DNA of 64,000 nt from Bacteroidales bacterium (GTDB lineage Bacteria > Bacteroidota > Bacteroidia > Bacteroidales > GCA-2748055): contig JAWOHR010000063.1 of assembly GCA_046485075.1 (NCBI GenBank), forward strand, positions 1,521 to 65,520, given 5' to 3'. The notes beneath the pieces are model-generated. The model saw nothing but the letters and a program-made list of their open reading frames with translations, made no database searches and was not told the DNA's origin. Shown here piece after piece: positions 41,083 to 50,725 of the stretch. How positions within the stretch are numbered: the stretch's first letter is position 1; each line of letters opens with the position of its first letter. A program made the position numbers and the translations under genes.

Positions 41083-43629
41083 ATGACGAGAAAATTACAA
41101 AAACTGGCATTGGGAGCCTTACTGACAGGCTTTTTCAGTGCCGCTGCTTTTGGACAAATCGCCACGCCCCCGGTTATTGACGGGGATGCAGGTGACGCTG
41201 TCTGGGCAACTGTAACAGCAATGGACCTGTTGAGGGACAATGGCAGTGCTGGTGTTACCGATGCTGCCGATTTCAGTGGAAGTATCAAGGTATTGTGGGA
41301 TGCGAATACAGTTTATTGCCTTCTACAGGTAATGGATGATACCCTGATTACCGATCTGAATCAACCCTGGGAACGGGATCACTACTCCATCTATTTTGAC
41401 CTTCTTAACCTGAAGACCGCAGCGATTTTAACTGAAGGCGCGCTCCCATTGGATTCAGCCCAGTTTATGCTGGAAAAAGTCTGGAGTGTAGAAGGAAACC
41501 TTGCAATGAAAGACAGTTCCCTGGTTTGGGGCGTTGATTTTGTTGAGAAAATTGATTCCGGCAGTATGTACACGCTTGAGGTAGCTGTTCCTTTCAGTAA
41601 ACTCGGTGTTACCTTAACTGCCGATGCAGTCATTGGTTTTGATGCAAAAATAGGAGATAATGATGCCGACGGATCGCTTGATGGCAAGTACTCATTGTAC
41701 CAGATCCTGGACGAAGGATGGAGAAATCCCAGTTATCTTGGAACAGCCAAACTTGAAGCTGATGGTTCTCTTTCAAAAGTGAAGCACGCTCCGGTCATCG
41801 ACGGGATGGCTGATTATGCCTGGTATGCTGCCTCTACACACAAACTTGAGGTAAAGAATCTGGTAACTGGCGTAGCAAGTGCAGCTGACTTCAGCGGTAC
41901 CTTTAAGGTGATGCATGACCTGGATAATATCTATGTCATGCTGGAAGTAAAGGATGATACCCTGATTACGGATCTGAATCAACCATGGGAACGGGATCAC
42001 TATTCTGTTTATTTCGATTTTAACAACCTGAAAACCAGCACATTTGTTACTGATGCTGCAGCTCCCATGGATTCAGTTCAGTTTATGCTGGAGAAGATCT
42101 GGAGCGTAGCCGGCGACCTTGCCATGGAGGATACTTCCCTTGTCAACGGTGTTGATTTTGTGGAGAATATTACCGAAGGCAAAGGGTACATCCTGGAGAT
42201 GGTTGTTCCCATGGATATTTTGGGAGTTACCCTGGCTGAAGAGATGGTGATCGGATTTGATATGAAGATTGGCGACAATGATGCCGATGGTACCCTGGAT
42301 GGCAAATACTCATGGCACCAGTCCATGGATGAAGGCTGGAGAAATCCCGGCTATCTGGGTAACATGAAACTGGAACCTGTATTTGTTGATCTTGGACCAT
42401 TGTCACCGGCTCCGCAAACCATCAAAGTGGATGGAGTTGCTGAAGGCAACTGGAACCAGGCCATAGCGATGCCTCTTTTAAGGGAAAATCTCGTAACAGG
42501 TATCGACAATGCAGCTGACTTCAGCGGTACCGTTAAGGCACTGTGGGATACAGACTATGTCTATATTCTGTTGCAGGTGAAGGATGATACCCTGGTTACC
42601 GATCTGAATCAACCCTGGGAAAGGGATCATTATTCCGTTTACTTTGACTTTAACAACCATAAGTCAGCTACTTATCTGGTGGATCAGGCTCCACCCATGG
42701 ATTCGGTACAGTTCATGCTCGAGAAAATCTGGAGTGTTGAAGGCGACCTGGCCATGGAAGATACTTCGCTGATCTGGGGCGTTGACTTTTCCGAGGTGAT
42801 TGATTCGGGCAGCAATTACACCCTTGAGATCGCCATTCCATTGGAGCTGATAGGTGTTGAGCTAAAAGCAGGTCAGGTTATCGGATTTGACGCCAAGATT
42901 GGTGACAACGATGCCGATGGTAACCTCGACGGCAAGCTATCCTGGAACCAGTTTGCAGACGAAGGCTGGAGAAATCCAAGTTACCTGGGCAATGTTACCT
43001 TAATGGCCAATGGCACATTTATGGGGACACCCGAAACACCTCCGGTTGATGTTACCTTCAATGTGGATATGACCGGCATGATTGCCGCCGAAATATTTGA
43101 TCCGGCAGTGGATAAAGTTGACCTTGCAGGTTCTATGAATAATTGGGGAGATCCCGTTAAAAATGCTGCTGATGCGGATGCGGATGGCATCTACACCATT
43201 GTTGTAGCCAGCGTTGAAGTCGGGACAAATCTTGAATTTAAATTCAGGGTAAACGGAACCTGGGATCCTATCTCTGAATTCCCGGGTGGTGGTCCAAACA
43301 GGACCTATACGGCTGTTGAAGGAGAAAACATTGTAAATGTTGTTTTCAACGACGGTGATTATACCCCCTGGATTACAGGTGTTGATGTGAATAAGGCTTC
43401 CTATCTGCAAATGTATCCGAACCCTGCAGTTAACGCGGTTACCCTATCGAGTGCTGTTGAAATTCAATCCGTAAACATTTCAAACATTACAGGTCAGTTG
43501 ATATACAGTGCACCTGTGAATGGTTTTACTACCGATTTGAATATCAGTAACCTTGAATCCGGAATGTATATTGTTTCGGTGAAATTTGTATCGATGGAAG
43601 TATCCAATCGTGTTCTGATCAAGAAGTAA
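41083..43629 (+). CDS. secreted T9SS cargo: three CBM9-like repeats, a CBM20-like beta-sandwich and a T9SS type A C-terminal sorting domain
   Basis: 848 aa with a signal peptide ending AAAFGQ. Each repeat starts P(V/I)(I/K)DG..., contains DLNQPWERDHYS(I/V)YFD, and ends GFD(A/M)KIGDNDADG(S/T/N)LDGK...EGWRNP(S/G)YLG. Residues 655-757 (VDVTFNVDM...DLAGSMNNWG...LEFKFRVNGTWD) form the CBM20-like part. The C-terminus MYPNPAVNAVTLSS...GMYIVSVKF...VLIKK is a Por secretion tail. Confidence 0.8.
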   Translation: MTRKLQKLALGALLTGFFSAAAFGQIATPPVIDGDAGDAVWATVTAMDLLRDNGSAGVTDAADFSGSIKVLWDANTVYCLLQVMDDTLITDLNQPWERDHYSIYFDLLNLKTAAILTEGALPLDSAQFMLEKVWSVEGNLAMKDSSLVWGVDFVEKIDSGSMYTLEVAVPFSKLGVTLTADAVIGFDAKIGDNDADGSLDGKYSLYQILDEGWRNPSYLGTAKLEADGSLSKVKHAPVIDGMADYAWYAASTHKLEVKNLVTGVASAADFSGTFKVMHDLDNIYVMLEVKDDTLITDLNQPWERDHYSVYFDFNNLKTSTFVTDAAAPMDSVQFMLEKIWSVAGDLAMEDTSLVNGVDFVENITEGKGYILEMVVPMDILGVTLAEEMVIGFDMKIGDNDADGTLDGKYSWHQSMDEGWRNPGYLGNMKLEPVFVDLGPLSPAPQTIKVDGVAEGNWNQAIAMPLLRENLVTGIDNAADFSGTVKALWDTDYVYILLQVKDDTLVTDLNQPWERDHYSVYFDFNNHKSATYLVDQAPPMDSVQFMLEKIWSVEGDLAMEDTSLIWGVDFSEVIDSGSNYTLEIAIPLELIGVELKAGQVIGFDAKIGDNDADGNLDGKLSWNQFADEGWRNPSYLGNVTLMANGTFMGTPETPPVDVTFNVDMTGMIAAEIFDPAVDKVDLAGSMNNWGDPVKNAADADADGIYTIVVASVEVGTNLEFKFRVNGTWDPISEFPGGGPNRTYTAVEGENIVNVVFNDGDYTPWITGVDVNKASYLQMYPNPAVNAVTLSSAVEIQSVNISNITGQLIYSAPVNGFTTDLNISNLESGMYIVSVKFVSMEVSNRVLIKK
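41164..43005 (+). repeat. three intragenic tandem repeats of about 200 aa (approx. 41164-41754, 41788-42375, 42415-43005)
   Basis: A roughly 65-nt core, gatgataccctg(a/g)ttac(c/g)gatctgaatcaacc(c/a)tgggaa(c/a)gggatca(c/t)ta, recurs at about 41335, 41953 and 42584. Protein-level repeat boundaries were aligned by eye. Confidence 0.85.
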
Positions 43630-43648
43630 GAATCAAATATTTGAATAT

Positions 43649-43684
43649 AAGGGGGGTGTCTCAAAAGGGCACCCTCTTTTTTTT
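43649..43684 (+). terminator. Rho-independent terminator after the T9SS cargo gene
   Basis: aaGGGGGGTG-tctcaaaaggg-CACCCTCtt followed by a T-run (TTTTTTTT). Confidence 0.6.
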
Positions 43685-43736
43685 GTCATGCATATGCTTT
43701 GCCATCGGGATTCATCCCTTGAAGTCAAAGTTATTT

Positions 43737-43744
43737 TAACTTTG
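43737..43744 (+). promoter_or_regulatory. candidate -7 box (TAACTTTG), 5 nt upstream of the DUF89 ATG
   Basis: The sequence reads TAACTTTGccggcATG and matches TAnnTTTG. Confidence 0.3.
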
Positions 43745-43749
43745 CCGGC

Positions 43750-44595
43750 ATGAAAACCTACCTCGATTGTTTCCCCTGTTTTGTGGAACAGGCCGTAAGG
43801 GCTGCCCGGCTGGTAACAGATGACGAGGTGGTCATCAAGAAGATTCTGGATGAGGTAGGCAGCCATTTTAAGGATGTCCCATTGACCAACACCCCACCTG
43901 AAACAGGTGAATTTATCTATAGGAGGATCAGGGAGATCACCGGGGTGAATGATCCTTATAAGGATCTTAAAAGGGCAAGTATCGCTCAGGTTCTTTCTGT
44001 CTACCCGCGCCTGCTGGAAATGGTTCACGAGTCGGATGATCCGCTTCTCACATCCATCCGCCTTTCCACCATCGGCAATGTTCTTGATTTCGGGATCAGC
44101 ATGGAGTACAACCTCATGGAGGAGGTTGAAATGATATCACAGATGAGGTACGCCATTTTCCACTACGCCGAATTCAGGGAACAGCTCGAGGGTGCCTCGT
44201 CGGTGCTCTTTATTGGTGATAATGCCGGTGAGTCGGTTTTCGACAGGTTGCTGATCGGGGAGCTGGGAAAACCGGTCACCTATGTAGTCCGGGAGGCTCC
44301 CGTGATCAATGATGCCACCATGGAAGATGCGATGGAATCGGGACTTCACGAGGTTGCTGAAATAATCTCATCCGGATCCACTGCACCAGGGACCATCCTG
44401 GGTTTATGCAACAAGGATTTCCTTGAAAGGTTTGCAAAGGCCGGCCTGGTAATCAGCAAGGGACAGGGAAACTATGAAGGGCTGTCGGGAGCCGGCCGGA
44501 CCATCTTTTTCCTGCTCCGGGCCAAATGCCCGGTCATTGCCCAAAACCTGAAGGTACAACTCAACGATTTTATTTTCAAAGGAATAAACCTTTGA
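43750..44595 (+). CDS. DUF89 family protein (ARMT1-like damage-control phosphatase family)
   Basis: MKTYLDCFPCFVEQAVRAARL is the characteristic DUF89 subfamily start. It also has GDNAGESVFD and SKGQGNYEGL segments. Confidence 0.75.
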   Translation: MKTYLDCFPCFVEQAVRAARLVTDDEVVIKKILDEVGSHFKDVPLTNTPPETGEFIYRRIREITGVNDPYKDLKRASIAQVLSVYPRLLEMVHESDDPLLTSIRLSTIGNVLDFGISMEYNLMEEVEMISQMRYAIFHYAEFREQLEGASSVLFIGDNAGESVFDRLLIGELGKPVTYVVREAPVINDATMEDAMESGLHEVAEIISSGSTAPGTILGLCNKDFLERFAKAGLVISKGQGNYEGLSGAGRTIFFLLRAKCPVIAQNLKVQLNDFIFKGINL

Positions 44596-44602
44596 AAACT
44601 TT

Positions 44603-45454
44603 TCACCTGAGCATTTTCAGCACGCCTCTTACATATCCTACTGATTCGGCCAGACCAGGCAAGGGATCATTGCCGTCCTTTTCATATTCGAAGCTGACTA
44701 CCTTGTTGTATTTCTTTTTGATGAGCATCTCCAGGAAACCTGGAATGTCGATCACACCACGGCCAATCTCGCAGGTCTCTCCCGATGCATCGGCCTTATC
44801 CTCATCTTTGATATGAACGTCAAGCACGCGGTCTATAAATCTTGCTGTGTCGGTAATGGGATCCTCACCGATGCGGACGGTATGGCCAATATCCACGCAG
44901 AGGCCCATTCCCGGATCCATATCTTTTATCAGGTTATAGGCACTTTCCGGTGTGGGGTATTTCTCATCACCCGGTCCGTGATTATGGATGGCTAACTGAA
45001 TACCTGTATCTTTTACCTTTTGATTACAGTAATCAAGCAGTTCATGCTCCGGAACGCCAATAATGATTTTCATTCCGGCATACCCGGCATAGGCAAATGC
45101 CTGATCCACTTCCCCGGTGGTTTTCATATAAATTACTCCTCCGCCATAGAGGTCAATACCGGCCGAAGTCACTTTGGCGACCTCCGATTTGATCTCCCCG
45201 GGGCCCATATCCAGGGGCAGGTGCATGCTTTTTAGTGACAATTTGGAGATTCCAAGTCTTCCCGTCATGGTGATGGTCTCTTCCAGGCTGAACTCCCGGA
45301 AGGTGTAAGAAGCAATGCCCAGCTGAAAGGGAATATCCGTGTTTGAAATCCTGCTGTTCCCGGCCATGTTTCCTGCTAAAACCGATGGGGCCTGGGTGGC
45401 CAGCAACCCGGCCCCCGAAATTCTCAGGAAGTTTCTTCTGGAGGTATTCATCAT
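44603..45454 (-). CDS. xylose isomerase-like TIM-barrel protein (sugar phosphate isomerase/epimerase) with a Tat signal
   Basis: SRRNFLRISGAGLLAT is a twin-arginine signal. The AP endonuclease 2/xylose-isomerase-like pattern follows (LAIHNH, DIGH, SFEYE). Confidence 0.8.
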   Translation of the reverse strand: MMNTSRRNFLRISGAGLLATQAPSVLAGNMAGNSRISNTDIPFQLGIASYTFREFSLEETITMTGRLGISKLSLKSMHLPLDMGPGEIKSEVAKVTSAGIDLYGGGVIYMKTTGEVDQAFAYAGYAGMKIIIGVPEHELLDYCNQKVKDTGIQLAIHNHGPGDEKYPTPESAYNLIKDMDPGMGLCVDIGHTVRIGEDPITDTARFIDRVLDVHIKDEDKADASGETCEIGRGVIDIPGFLEMLIKKKYNKVVSFEYEKDGNDPLPGLAESVGYVRGVLKMLR

Positions 45455-45615
45455 TTTAATTTTTTAGTTTAAAGTGAAAAGAGGCGTTAAATTAAAAAAA
45501 TCTGCTTAAAAAGTCGACCTATCTATCCTTATTAGTGAATACTTATTCGGATATAACCTCAAATTGCGTAATTTCATAATCCTTTTCAAAGGAAATATCA
45601 ATCGATAATCAAATA

Positions 45616-48459
45616 ATGCATCGGATCATGAAAAGATTTAAAGTATTTTTTCCCCTTCTTTTATTGTCATTGGTCAGCCAGCTTGCCCTGGCCCAGATGG
45701 ATCCCATGGCACCCCTTCCCAACGACGAGTCGGTTCGCCACGGTGTCCTCGATAACGGGATGACCTACTATATCAAGGCTAACAAGGAGCCTAAGGAGAG
45801 GGCATCCTTTTACATTATCCAAAATGTGGGTGCCCTGCTTGAGGAGGATTCCCAGAACGGTCTGGCACACTTCCTGGAGCATATGGCGTTTAACGGTACC
45901 GAACACTTTCCAAAAAAGGGGATCATCAATTTCCTGGAGCGCCACGGTGTGGCCTTTGGTGAGAACATCAATGCATACACCAGTCAGAACCAGACCGTCT
46001 ATAATCTTTCGGATGTTCCTGTGAACAAGCCGGGAGTCATCGATTCATGTCTTTTGATACTTAACGACTGGTCCAATTACCTTCTGCTCACAGATGAGGA
46101 GATCGATGCAGAACGAGGGGTAATCAAAGAGGAGTGGAGAACCCGCCGGGATGCTCAGTTCAGAATGTATTCTGCCGCTCTGCCTTACCTCTATCCCGGT
46201 TCAAAATTTGCCGAAAGGGATGTGATTGGTGACCTGGATGTGATTGAAAGTTTTGAGTATAATACACTCAGGGAATTTTACCAAAAATGGTACAGGTCAG
46301 ATCTCCAGGCGATTGCCATTGCAGGTGACTTTGACCCCGATGAGATGGAGGCAAAGGTGATAGAACTCTTTTCAAAAATACCTCCGGAGGAAAATGCCCC
46401 TGAAAGGCCATTCTACGAAATACCCGACATGGAAACTCCCGTATTTGGCCTGGTGACAGACAAGGAGGCTCCCAATACGATTATCCGCTATATGATCAGG
46501 CACAGGAAAGAGAGCACCGGGGCCGAGAACCTGTTGGATCACCGGGAAGCCTATATCCATGAACTTTTCAATGCGATGATGGGACAGCGTATCAATGAAC
46601 TGGTTCAGAAAGGGGACCCTCCTTTTGTTGTGGGGATCGTGAATTATGGGGATTTTGAAAGGGGTTATGAAGCTTTGAGCGTGATTATCATGCCCAATCC
46701 AAACCAGGAGTCGGGCGGTCTGACAGCCATTATGACTGAGCTTGAAAGGGCAAAAAGGTACGGATTCACTCAGGGAGAACTGGATCGTGCAAAGGCTCAG
46801 ATCCTTACCCAGTGGGATAAGTATTATAATGAGCGGGATAAGATTCACAATGAGGCATATATTAACCAGTATGTGGAAAACTACCTGAACGGGGATGCCT
46901 ACCTCTCCGCAGAGACCGGCTATATGTTTGTTCAGGCATTGCTCCCAACCATTACCCTGGAAGATTTCACCAGCTACCTTAATACCTGGATTACGGACCA
47001 GAACCAGGTTCTTGTGATCCAGGGACCTGAGGGTGAAGGATATGAGCACCTGACCGGAGCTGAATCGATGGCCATTCTCACACAAGTGGCGGCAGCCGAA
47101 ATCGATCCCTATCAGGAAGAGGAGCTGGCTGAGTCTCTGGTGATGGAGGAGCTTTCACCGGCAGCCATCACCTCCACGAAGAAACTGGATCAGTTTGATG
47201 CTGTGGAGTGGACCCTGGAAAATGGTGCCCGTGTAATATTCAGGTACGCCGATTATGAGAAGGACCAGGTTCAGATCCGCGGATTCAGCGTTGGTGGCAG
47301 CTCGCTTTATGATCATGAGTATATTCCGTCGGCTGATATGATGACCAGTCTTACCAGCTTTTATGGTTTGGGAGAGTTCGATGCCACGAACCTGCAAAAA
47401 ATGCTGACAGGTAAAAATGTTGCATTCGATCTGCAGCTGGGAAACCTCAATGAAGGGGTGAACGGTTCCACAACACCCAGGGACCTGGAGACCATGTTGC
47501 AGCTTTTGTACCTTTCCTTTAACAAGCCCAGGTTCGATGTGTCAGCTCATGATGCCATCATGGCCAGGTACAAAGGCCTGGTGGAGAATATGGGGAACAA
47601 TCCTCAGAAAATTATGAGTGATTCATTAAGTCTGATTCTCACCAATTATAATCCCCGTACCCGTATTCTTGACTTGGAATTCCTTGCCGACATTCAACTG
47701 GATTTGATCGAGGAGGTATACCTGGATCGCTTTGCCGATGCCAGTGATTTCTTCTTTGTTATCGTTGGAAGTTGTGAGGAGGATCAGCTGAAGCCCCTTG
47801 TTCAGAAATACATTGGCGCCATTCCCGACCTGGATCGTTCGGAGACCTGGGTGGACAGGAAGGTCAGGGAACCCAAGGGGGTGGTTGTAAAGGAAATTGA
47901 GATGGCCCTTGAAACACCCAAGTCCAACGTGAACATTGTAATCAACCAGCCCATGCGTTACAATCCCTATAACTTTCAGGTATTAAAAGTCATCGAAGGG
48001 ATCCTTGATTTGCGCTTTACTGAATCGATCCGTGAGGAGGAGGGTGGCACCTATGGTGTGGCCATCCGGACCAACCTGGAGCGTCTGCCCGAAGGCAAGG
48101 CCAATATGAATATCAGTTTTGACTGCGATCCTGACAGGGCCGGCGATTTGAAATCCAAAGTTTTTCTGGAATTGGATCAATTGGCCGGGGAGGGTCCCTC
48201 TTCTGAGAATCTTTCCAAAACGGTTGAGAACATGCTGAAGACAAGGGAACAGAGCAAGGAGCACAACTCCTATTATCTGAATACCATTTATGGTTATTAT
48301 GTAAATGGCATTAACTATGACGACCCGGCAAATTACGAGGATATCCTGAAGGATCTGAGTACCAAGGATGTGAAGAAGGTAATGAAGACATTTTATAAGA
48401 AACCCAATATCGTGGATGTTGTCTTTAAACCCCTGGCTGTAGAGGAAGTTCCACAATAG
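45616..48459 (+). CDS. M16 family (insulinase/pitrilysin-like) zinc peptidase, double-length
   Basis: A signal peptide, the HxxEH motif in GLAHFLEHMAFNGT with a downstream E (ERGVIKEEW), and 947 aa with two M16 halves. The start may be MKRFKVFF at 45628. Confidence 0.85.
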   Translation: MHRIMKRFKVFFPLLLLSLVSQLALAQMDPMAPLPNDESVRHGVLDNGMTYYIKANKEPKERASFYIIQNVGALLEEDSQNGLAHFLEHMAFNGTEHFPKKGIINFLERHGVAFGENINAYTSQNQTVYNLSDVPVNKPGVIDSCLLILNDWSNYLLLTDEEIDAERGVIKEEWRTRRDAQFRMYSAALPYLYPGSKFAERDVIGDLDVIESFEYNTLREFYQKWYRSDLQAIAIAGDFDPDEMEAKVIELFSKIPPEENAPERPFYEIPDMETPVFGLVTDKEAPNTIIRYMIRHRKESTGAENLLDHREAYIHELFNAMMGQRINELVQKGDPPFVVGIVNYGDFERGYEALSVIIMPNPNQESGGLTAIMTELERAKRYGFTQGELDRAKAQILTQWDKYYNERDKIHNEAYINQYVENYLNGDAYLSAETGYMFVQALLPTITLEDFTSYLNTWITDQNQVLVIQGPEGEGYEHLTGAESMAILTQVAAAEIDPYQEEELAESLVMEELSPAAITSTKKLDQFDAVEWTLENGARVIFRYADYEKDQVQIRGFSVGGSSLYDHEYIPSADMMTSLTSFYGLGEFDATNLQKMLTGKNVAFDLQLGNLNEGVNGSTTPRDLETMLQLLYLSFNKPRFDVSAHDAIMARYKGLVENMGNNPQKIMSDSLSLILTNYNPRTRILDLEFLADIQLDLIEEVYLDRFADASDFFFVIVGSCEEDQLKPLVQKYIGAIPDLDRSETWVDRKVREPKGVVVKEIEMALETPKSNVNIVINQPMRYNPYNFQVLKVIEGILDLRFTESIREEEGGTYGVAIRTNLERLPEGKANMNISFDCDPDRAGDLKSKVFLELDQLAGEGPSSENLSKTVENMLKTREQSKEHNSYYLNTIYGYYVNGINYDDPANYEDILKDLSTKDVKKVMKTFYKKPNIVDVVFKPLAVEEVPQ

Positions 48460-48541
48460 ATCCTTTTGAAGTTATTTTTAACGACGAAGCCTATAAAGAG
48501 CCGAAGGCGCTTTTAAGCGAGGAGTTAAATATAACTTCTCT

Positions 48542-49162
48542 TTAAAAAAGCCCGTGAATATTTGCGTTGATTTTGTCGATGATTGAGGCCAGGTCCTCTG
48601 GTTTATCACGGAAATTGTGATTGTCAACATCCACGATCAGCATTTTTCCCAGGTTGTAGGTCTCCACCCACGCTTCATACCGTTCATTGAGGTGTTTCAG
48701 GTAGTCGAGCCGGATGTTGTTCTCAAATTTTCGGCCACGCTGCTGGATCTGTTCCACCAGCACAGGAATGGAGGCGCGGAGATAGATGAGCAGATCGGGA
48801 GGTTCGATCAGGGAACTCATCAGGTTGAAGAGGGCAAAGTAATTTTCAAAGTCACGTGTGCTCATCAGCCCCATACTGTGCAGATTGGGGGCAAAAATGT
48901 ATGCATCTTCGTAAATGGTCCGATCCTGGATGATCTTATTCCCCGATTGGCGAATCCTCACAATTTGACTGAAACGGCTGTTCAGGAAGTATATCTGGAG
49001 GTTGAAAGACCATCGTTGCATATCCTGGTAAAAATCGTTGAGGTAGGGGTTATCATCCACATCTTCATATTGGGCTTCCCAACCATATTGTTTCGCCAGC
49101 AGGCTGGTGAGAGTGGTCTTTCCCGACCCGATATTCCCGGCTACGGCTATATGCATATTCAA
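48542..49162 (-). CDS. deoxynucleoside kinase
   Basis: IAVAGNIGSGKTTL (the P-loop), a RWSFxxQ-like segment (QRWSFNLQIYFL) and a DRTIYED segment, all typical of dNK. Confidence 0.85.
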   Translation of the reverse strand: MNMHIAVAGNIGSGKTTLTSLLAKQYGWEAQYEDVDDNPYLNDFYQDMQRWSFNLQIYFLNSRFSQIVRIRQSGNKIIQDRTIYEDAYIFAPNLHSMGLMSTRDFENYFALFNLMSSLIEPPDLLIYLRASIPVLVEQIQQRGRKFENNIRLDYLKHLNERYEAWVETYNLGKMLIVDVDNHNFRDKPEDLASIIDKINANIHGLF

Positions 49163-49201
49163 TGATGTTTAATGGTCAATGGGACTCTAAGATAATAACT
49201 T

Positions 49202-50716
49202 TTATCCGGTTAGAATATCCCTGAGCTCATCTAAATATTTTCGATTGTTGGCCAGTCTTGGTATTTTATTTTGACCGCCCAGTTTCCCCCTTTTTTGCAT
49301 CCATCTGTAGAAAGTTCCGGGTGGCACCGAAACGATTTGAGGCTCCATGAGGGTCAGATTTTTGTATCGTTTGGCCTCATAGTCCGAATTTATCTCACTT
49401 AGCGTTTCATCAAGGACCCTTGTAAATTTCTCAAGGCTATCGGGTTTTGAATCGAACTCAATCATCCATTCATGTGCCCCTTTGGAATCGGAACTCATGT
49501 ATAGGGGCCCTGCTGTATACTCCCTGATGGTTGCGCCGGTCTCCCTGCAGGCTTTCATCAGTGCTTTTTCGGCATTGTCCTCAATGACCTCCTCTCCAAA
49601 TGCATTGATGTAATATTTGGTTCTCCCGGAAATTTTGATTCTGTGTGGGAAGAGTGAGGTAAAAATTACCGTGTCTCCGATCAGATAGCGCCACAATCCT
49701 CCGTTGGTGGAGATCACCATCGCATAGTTTACTCCCAGTTCAACCTCATCAATAGTGAGCGCCTGGGGATTCTCTTTCCCGAGCTGAATCATGGGTATGA
49801 ATTCATAGAATACTCCCAGGTCAAGCATCAGCAACATATCATCCCGTACCAGCTCGTCCTGGATTGCAAAAAAGCCCTCCGACGCGTTGTAGGTCTCCAG
49901 GTAGTTCATTTCATCTGAAGGGATCAGCTTTTTAAACTGTTCCCGGTAAGGGGCAAAACTGATTCCACCATGGGTGAAAAGTTCCAGATTGGGCCACACT
50001 TCGAGGATGTTACTTTTACCTGTGAAATCGAGAACTTTCCTTAAAAGCACGAGGTTCCACGAGGGGACACCGGCAATACTGGTCACGTTATCTCCCACCG
50101 TGTGCCTGGTGATTTTCTCCAGTTTCTCTTCAAAATCGGGGATCAGGGCAATCTCCGCAGCAGGCGTCCTGATAAATTGTGCCCAGAAGGGAAGATTTTC
50201 AATGAGAACAGCGGAAAGATCCCCGTAATAGGATTCGTTACTGAACTTATTTACCTGTGCACTTCCGCCAAGGGTGAGCGCCTTACCTTTTAGCACCCCG
50301 CTGTCAGGACGCTCCCTTGTATAGATGGCAATGACATCCTTCCCTCCCCTGAAATGGCAATCTTCAAGAGATTCGTTGCTGACAGGGATGAATTTACTTT
50401 TGTCGGAGGTAGTTCCCGATGATTTTGCAAACCACTTGATTTCGCTGGGCCACAGCAGGTTTTGTTCCCCCTCCCGAAGTCGGTTGATGTAAGGTTTTGC
50501 ATCCTCGTAAGTGCTTATGGGCACCCGCTGCTGGTAATCTTTAATGGAATCAATGGAGTGGTATCCGTACTGGATTCCCCACACCGTTTTTGATGCCTGA
50601 TTGATCAGGGAAGTAAACACCTCCTTCTGAACATTATATGGATACTTTTTGAAAAGATCGATCTGGTGAAGTCTCTTGACATTTACCCAGGAGATAATGG
50701 AGTTAAGAAGGGGCAT
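49202..50716 (-). CDS. GH3-family (auxin-responsive-promoter-type) acyl-acid amido synthetase homolog
   Basis: 504 aa. FAKSSGTTSDKSKFIP (the adenylating SSGTT motif), the YEFIP segment and the overall length match bacterial GH3 homologs. Confidence 0.8.
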   Translation of the reverse strand: MPLLNSIISWVNVKRLHQIDLFKKYPYNVQKEVFTSLINQASKTVWGIQYGYHSIDSIKDYQQRVPISTYEDAKPYINRLREGEQNLLWPSEIKWFAKSSGTTSDKSKFIPVSNESLEDCHFRGGKDVIAIYTRERPDSGVLKGKALTLGGSAQVNKFSNESYYGDLSAVLIENLPFWAQFIRTPAAEIALIPDFEEKLEKITRHTVGDNVTSIAGVPSWNLVLLRKVLDFTGKSNILEVWPNLELFTHGGISFAPYREQFKKLIPSDEMNYLETYNASEGFFAIQDELVRDDMLLMLDLGVFYEFIPMIQLGKENPQALTIDEVELGVNYAMVISTNGGLWRYLIGDTVIFTSLFPHRIKISGRTKYYINAFGEEVIEDNAEKALMKACRETGATIREYTAGPLYMSSDSKGAHEWMIEFDSKPDSLEKFTRVLDETLSEINSDYEAKRYKNLTLMEPQIVSVPPGTFYRWMQKRGKLGGQNKIPRLANNRKYLDELRDILTG

Positions 50717-50725
50717 AGTTGGGCT

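Noticed and set aside
41164-43005. The three near-identical modules as a target of a diversity-generating retroelement, or as a mobile repeat.
   Set aside because: The window contains no reverse transcriptase, template repeat or adenine-biased variation pattern. The repeats are in frame and are best explained by domain duplication.
43633-44028. A 131-aa minus-strand ORF overlapping the terminator and the first third of the DUF89 gene.
   Set aside because: It overlaps a well-supported plus-strand gene and a terminator hairpin, and it has no recognisable features.
46372-47085. A 237-aa ORF antisense to the M16 peptidase gene.
   Set aside because: It is a shadow ORF lying entirely inside a strongly supported gene on the other strand. 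Its composition is odd and it has no recognisable motif.
48617-49165. A 182-aa ORF antisense to the deoxynucleoside kinase gene.
   Set aside because: It is a shadow ORF spanning almost exactly the dNK gene. The P-loop and other dNK motifs make the minus-strand gene the real one.
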